A stretch of DNA of 64,000 nt from the NCBI RefSeq assembly GCF_963921235.1, contig NC_086101.1:22072001-22136000 (forward strand), in the 5' to 3' direction. Within the stretch, counting starts at the first letter, position 1. The number at the start of each line of letters is the position of its first letter. A program made the position numbers and the translations under genes. The DNA comes from Mobula hypostoma (taxonomy: Eukaryota). The notes under the pieces are model-generated. The model saw nothing but the letters and a program-made list of their open reading frames with translations. It was not told the origin of the DNA and did no database searches. This document shows positions 62,440-64,000 of the stretch, in pieces.

Positions 62440-63592
62440 TGACTCCTTCTGCAAAAATGACCATCCTATCAACTCTGCTCTTAAACGCATCTCCCCCATT
62501 TCACGTGCATCTGCTCTCACTCCATCCTCCCGCAACCCCACTAGGAATAGGGTTCCCCTGGTCCTCACCTACCACCCCACCAGCCTCCGGGTCCAACATA
62601 TTATTCTCCGTAACTTCTGCCACCTCCAACGGGATCCCACCACTAAGCACATCTTTCCCTCCCCCCCCCCGCATTCCGCAGGGATCGCTCCCTACGCAAC
62701 TCCCTTGTCCATTCGTCCCCCCCATCCCTCCCACTGATCTCCCTCCTGGCACTTACCCATGTAAGCGGAACAAGTGCTACACATGCCCTTACACTTCTTC
62801 CCTTACCACCATTCAGGGCCCCAAACAGTCCTTCCAGGTGAGGCGACACTTCACCTGTGAGTCCGCTGGGGTGATACACTGCGTCCGGTGCTCCCGATGT
62901 GGCCTTTTATATAATGGCAAGACCCAATGCAGACTGGAAGACCGCTTTGCTGAACATCTACACTCTGTCCGCCAGAGAAAGCAGGATCTCCCAGTGGCCA
63001 CACATTTTAATTCCACATCCCATTCCCATTCTGACATGTCTATCCACGGCCTCCTCTACTGTAAAGATGAAGCCACACTCAGGTTGGAGGAACAACACCT
63101 TATATTCCGTCTGGGTAGCCTCCAACTTGATGGCATGAACATTGACTTCTCTAACTTCCGCTAATGCCCCACCTCCCCCTCGTACCCCATCTGTTACTTA
63201 TTTTTATACACACATTCTTTCTCTCTCTCCTTTTTCTCCCTCTGTCCCTCTGAATATACCTCTTGCCCATCCTCTGGGTCCCCCCCCCTTGTCTTTCTTC
63301 CCAGACTTCCTGTCCCATGATCCTCTCGTATCCCCTTTTGCCTATCACCTGTCCAGCTCTTGGCTCCATCCCTCCCCCTCCTGTCTTCTCCTATCATTTT
63401 GGATCTTCCCCTCCCCCTCCAACTTTCAAATCCCTTACTCACTCTTCCTTCAGTTAGTCCTGACGAAGGGTCTCGGCCTGAAACATCGATGCACCTCTTC
63501 CTAGAGATGCTGGCTGGCCTGCTGCGTTCACCAGCAACTTTTATGTGTGTTGCTTGAATTTCCAGCATCTGCAGAATTCCTGTTGTTTGCAT
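62440..63592 (+). mobile_element. Penelope-like element: RT-linker, GIY-YIG endonuclease and pLTR
   Basis: 243-aa ORF CKRNKCYTC...HFTCESAGVIHCVRCSRCGLLYNGKT...EEQHLIFRLG, plus an upstream frameshifted part (RVPLVLTYHP). Confidence 0.93.
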
Positions 63593-64000
63593 CCTAGTTC
63601 TTGTTGTTCTTAGTTCTTTAATCTTTAGTTTCACATCCCCTGTACCCACTTCCCTGTTTTAAACTTTCAGCAAAAGATTGTGAAGTGACAAGTTTCTGAT
63701 TCTCAGACTCTAAAAGAACCTGCAGATCAAAAATCACCAGAATCGACAACTAGCTCACTACTTTTCCTCTCTTTTTGCCCAGCTTATTTAAGTTAATTTT
63801 TAAATACATATTTCTCATTGTAATTTATAGTTTTTAATGTATTGTACTGTAAATAAAAGAACAAATTTCTTGTCTTATGTTAGCGATATTAAACCTCATT
63901 CTGATAATATATAATTTGAATGATTTTTTAAATAAATTACACCATCTGCAGCAGGTATCTCATAGCCCTGTTAGAATATCTGGTGGGTGGTCTTCGGGGT

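Noticed and set aside
285-63592. Recurrent gatgctgcctgacctgctgagttcctccagca repeat as a CRISPR-like array
   Set aside because: Copies are dispersed, in both orientations, without regular spacers, and are attached to Penelope GIY-YIG ORFs in a eukaryotic genome.

Overview
Repeat-dense vertebrate genomic DNA, most likely from a cartilaginous fish (ray or shark), inferred from its mix of CR1/HER1-like LINEs, HE1-like V-SINEs, Rex1/Babar, Penelope, Tx1, RTE and Tc1/mariner elements. No CRISPR array, rRNA or standalone tRNA gene is visible. Most ORFs in the supplied track are retroelement fragments or noise. I reconstructed by hand one complete, phase-consistent + strand gene: 34909-34984 / 37167-37559 / 43698-43799 / 44830-44885 / 56410-56499, giving 238 aa. 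It encodes a signal peptide, a single CD2/CEACAM/SLAM-type IgV domain lacking both canonical cysteines but carrying a non-canonical Cys pair, a short TM segment and a tail with two ITIM/ITSM-like motifs. There are candidate ITIM-less alternative ends. Probable exons of a second, unidentified + strand gene lie at 101-218 and perhaps 1008-1067, 6191-6252 and 6705 onward. Other notable structures: many Penelope terminal repeats whose consensus is a minimal hammerhead ribozyme (all copies here are decayed), two solo LTRs, three young Rex1/Babar copies (one in a triple nest, one with a tiny inverted self-insertion), a fold-back mariner MITE, a HERO-like RLE fragment, a G4-type minisatellite and an intronic duplication flanking the IgV exon.
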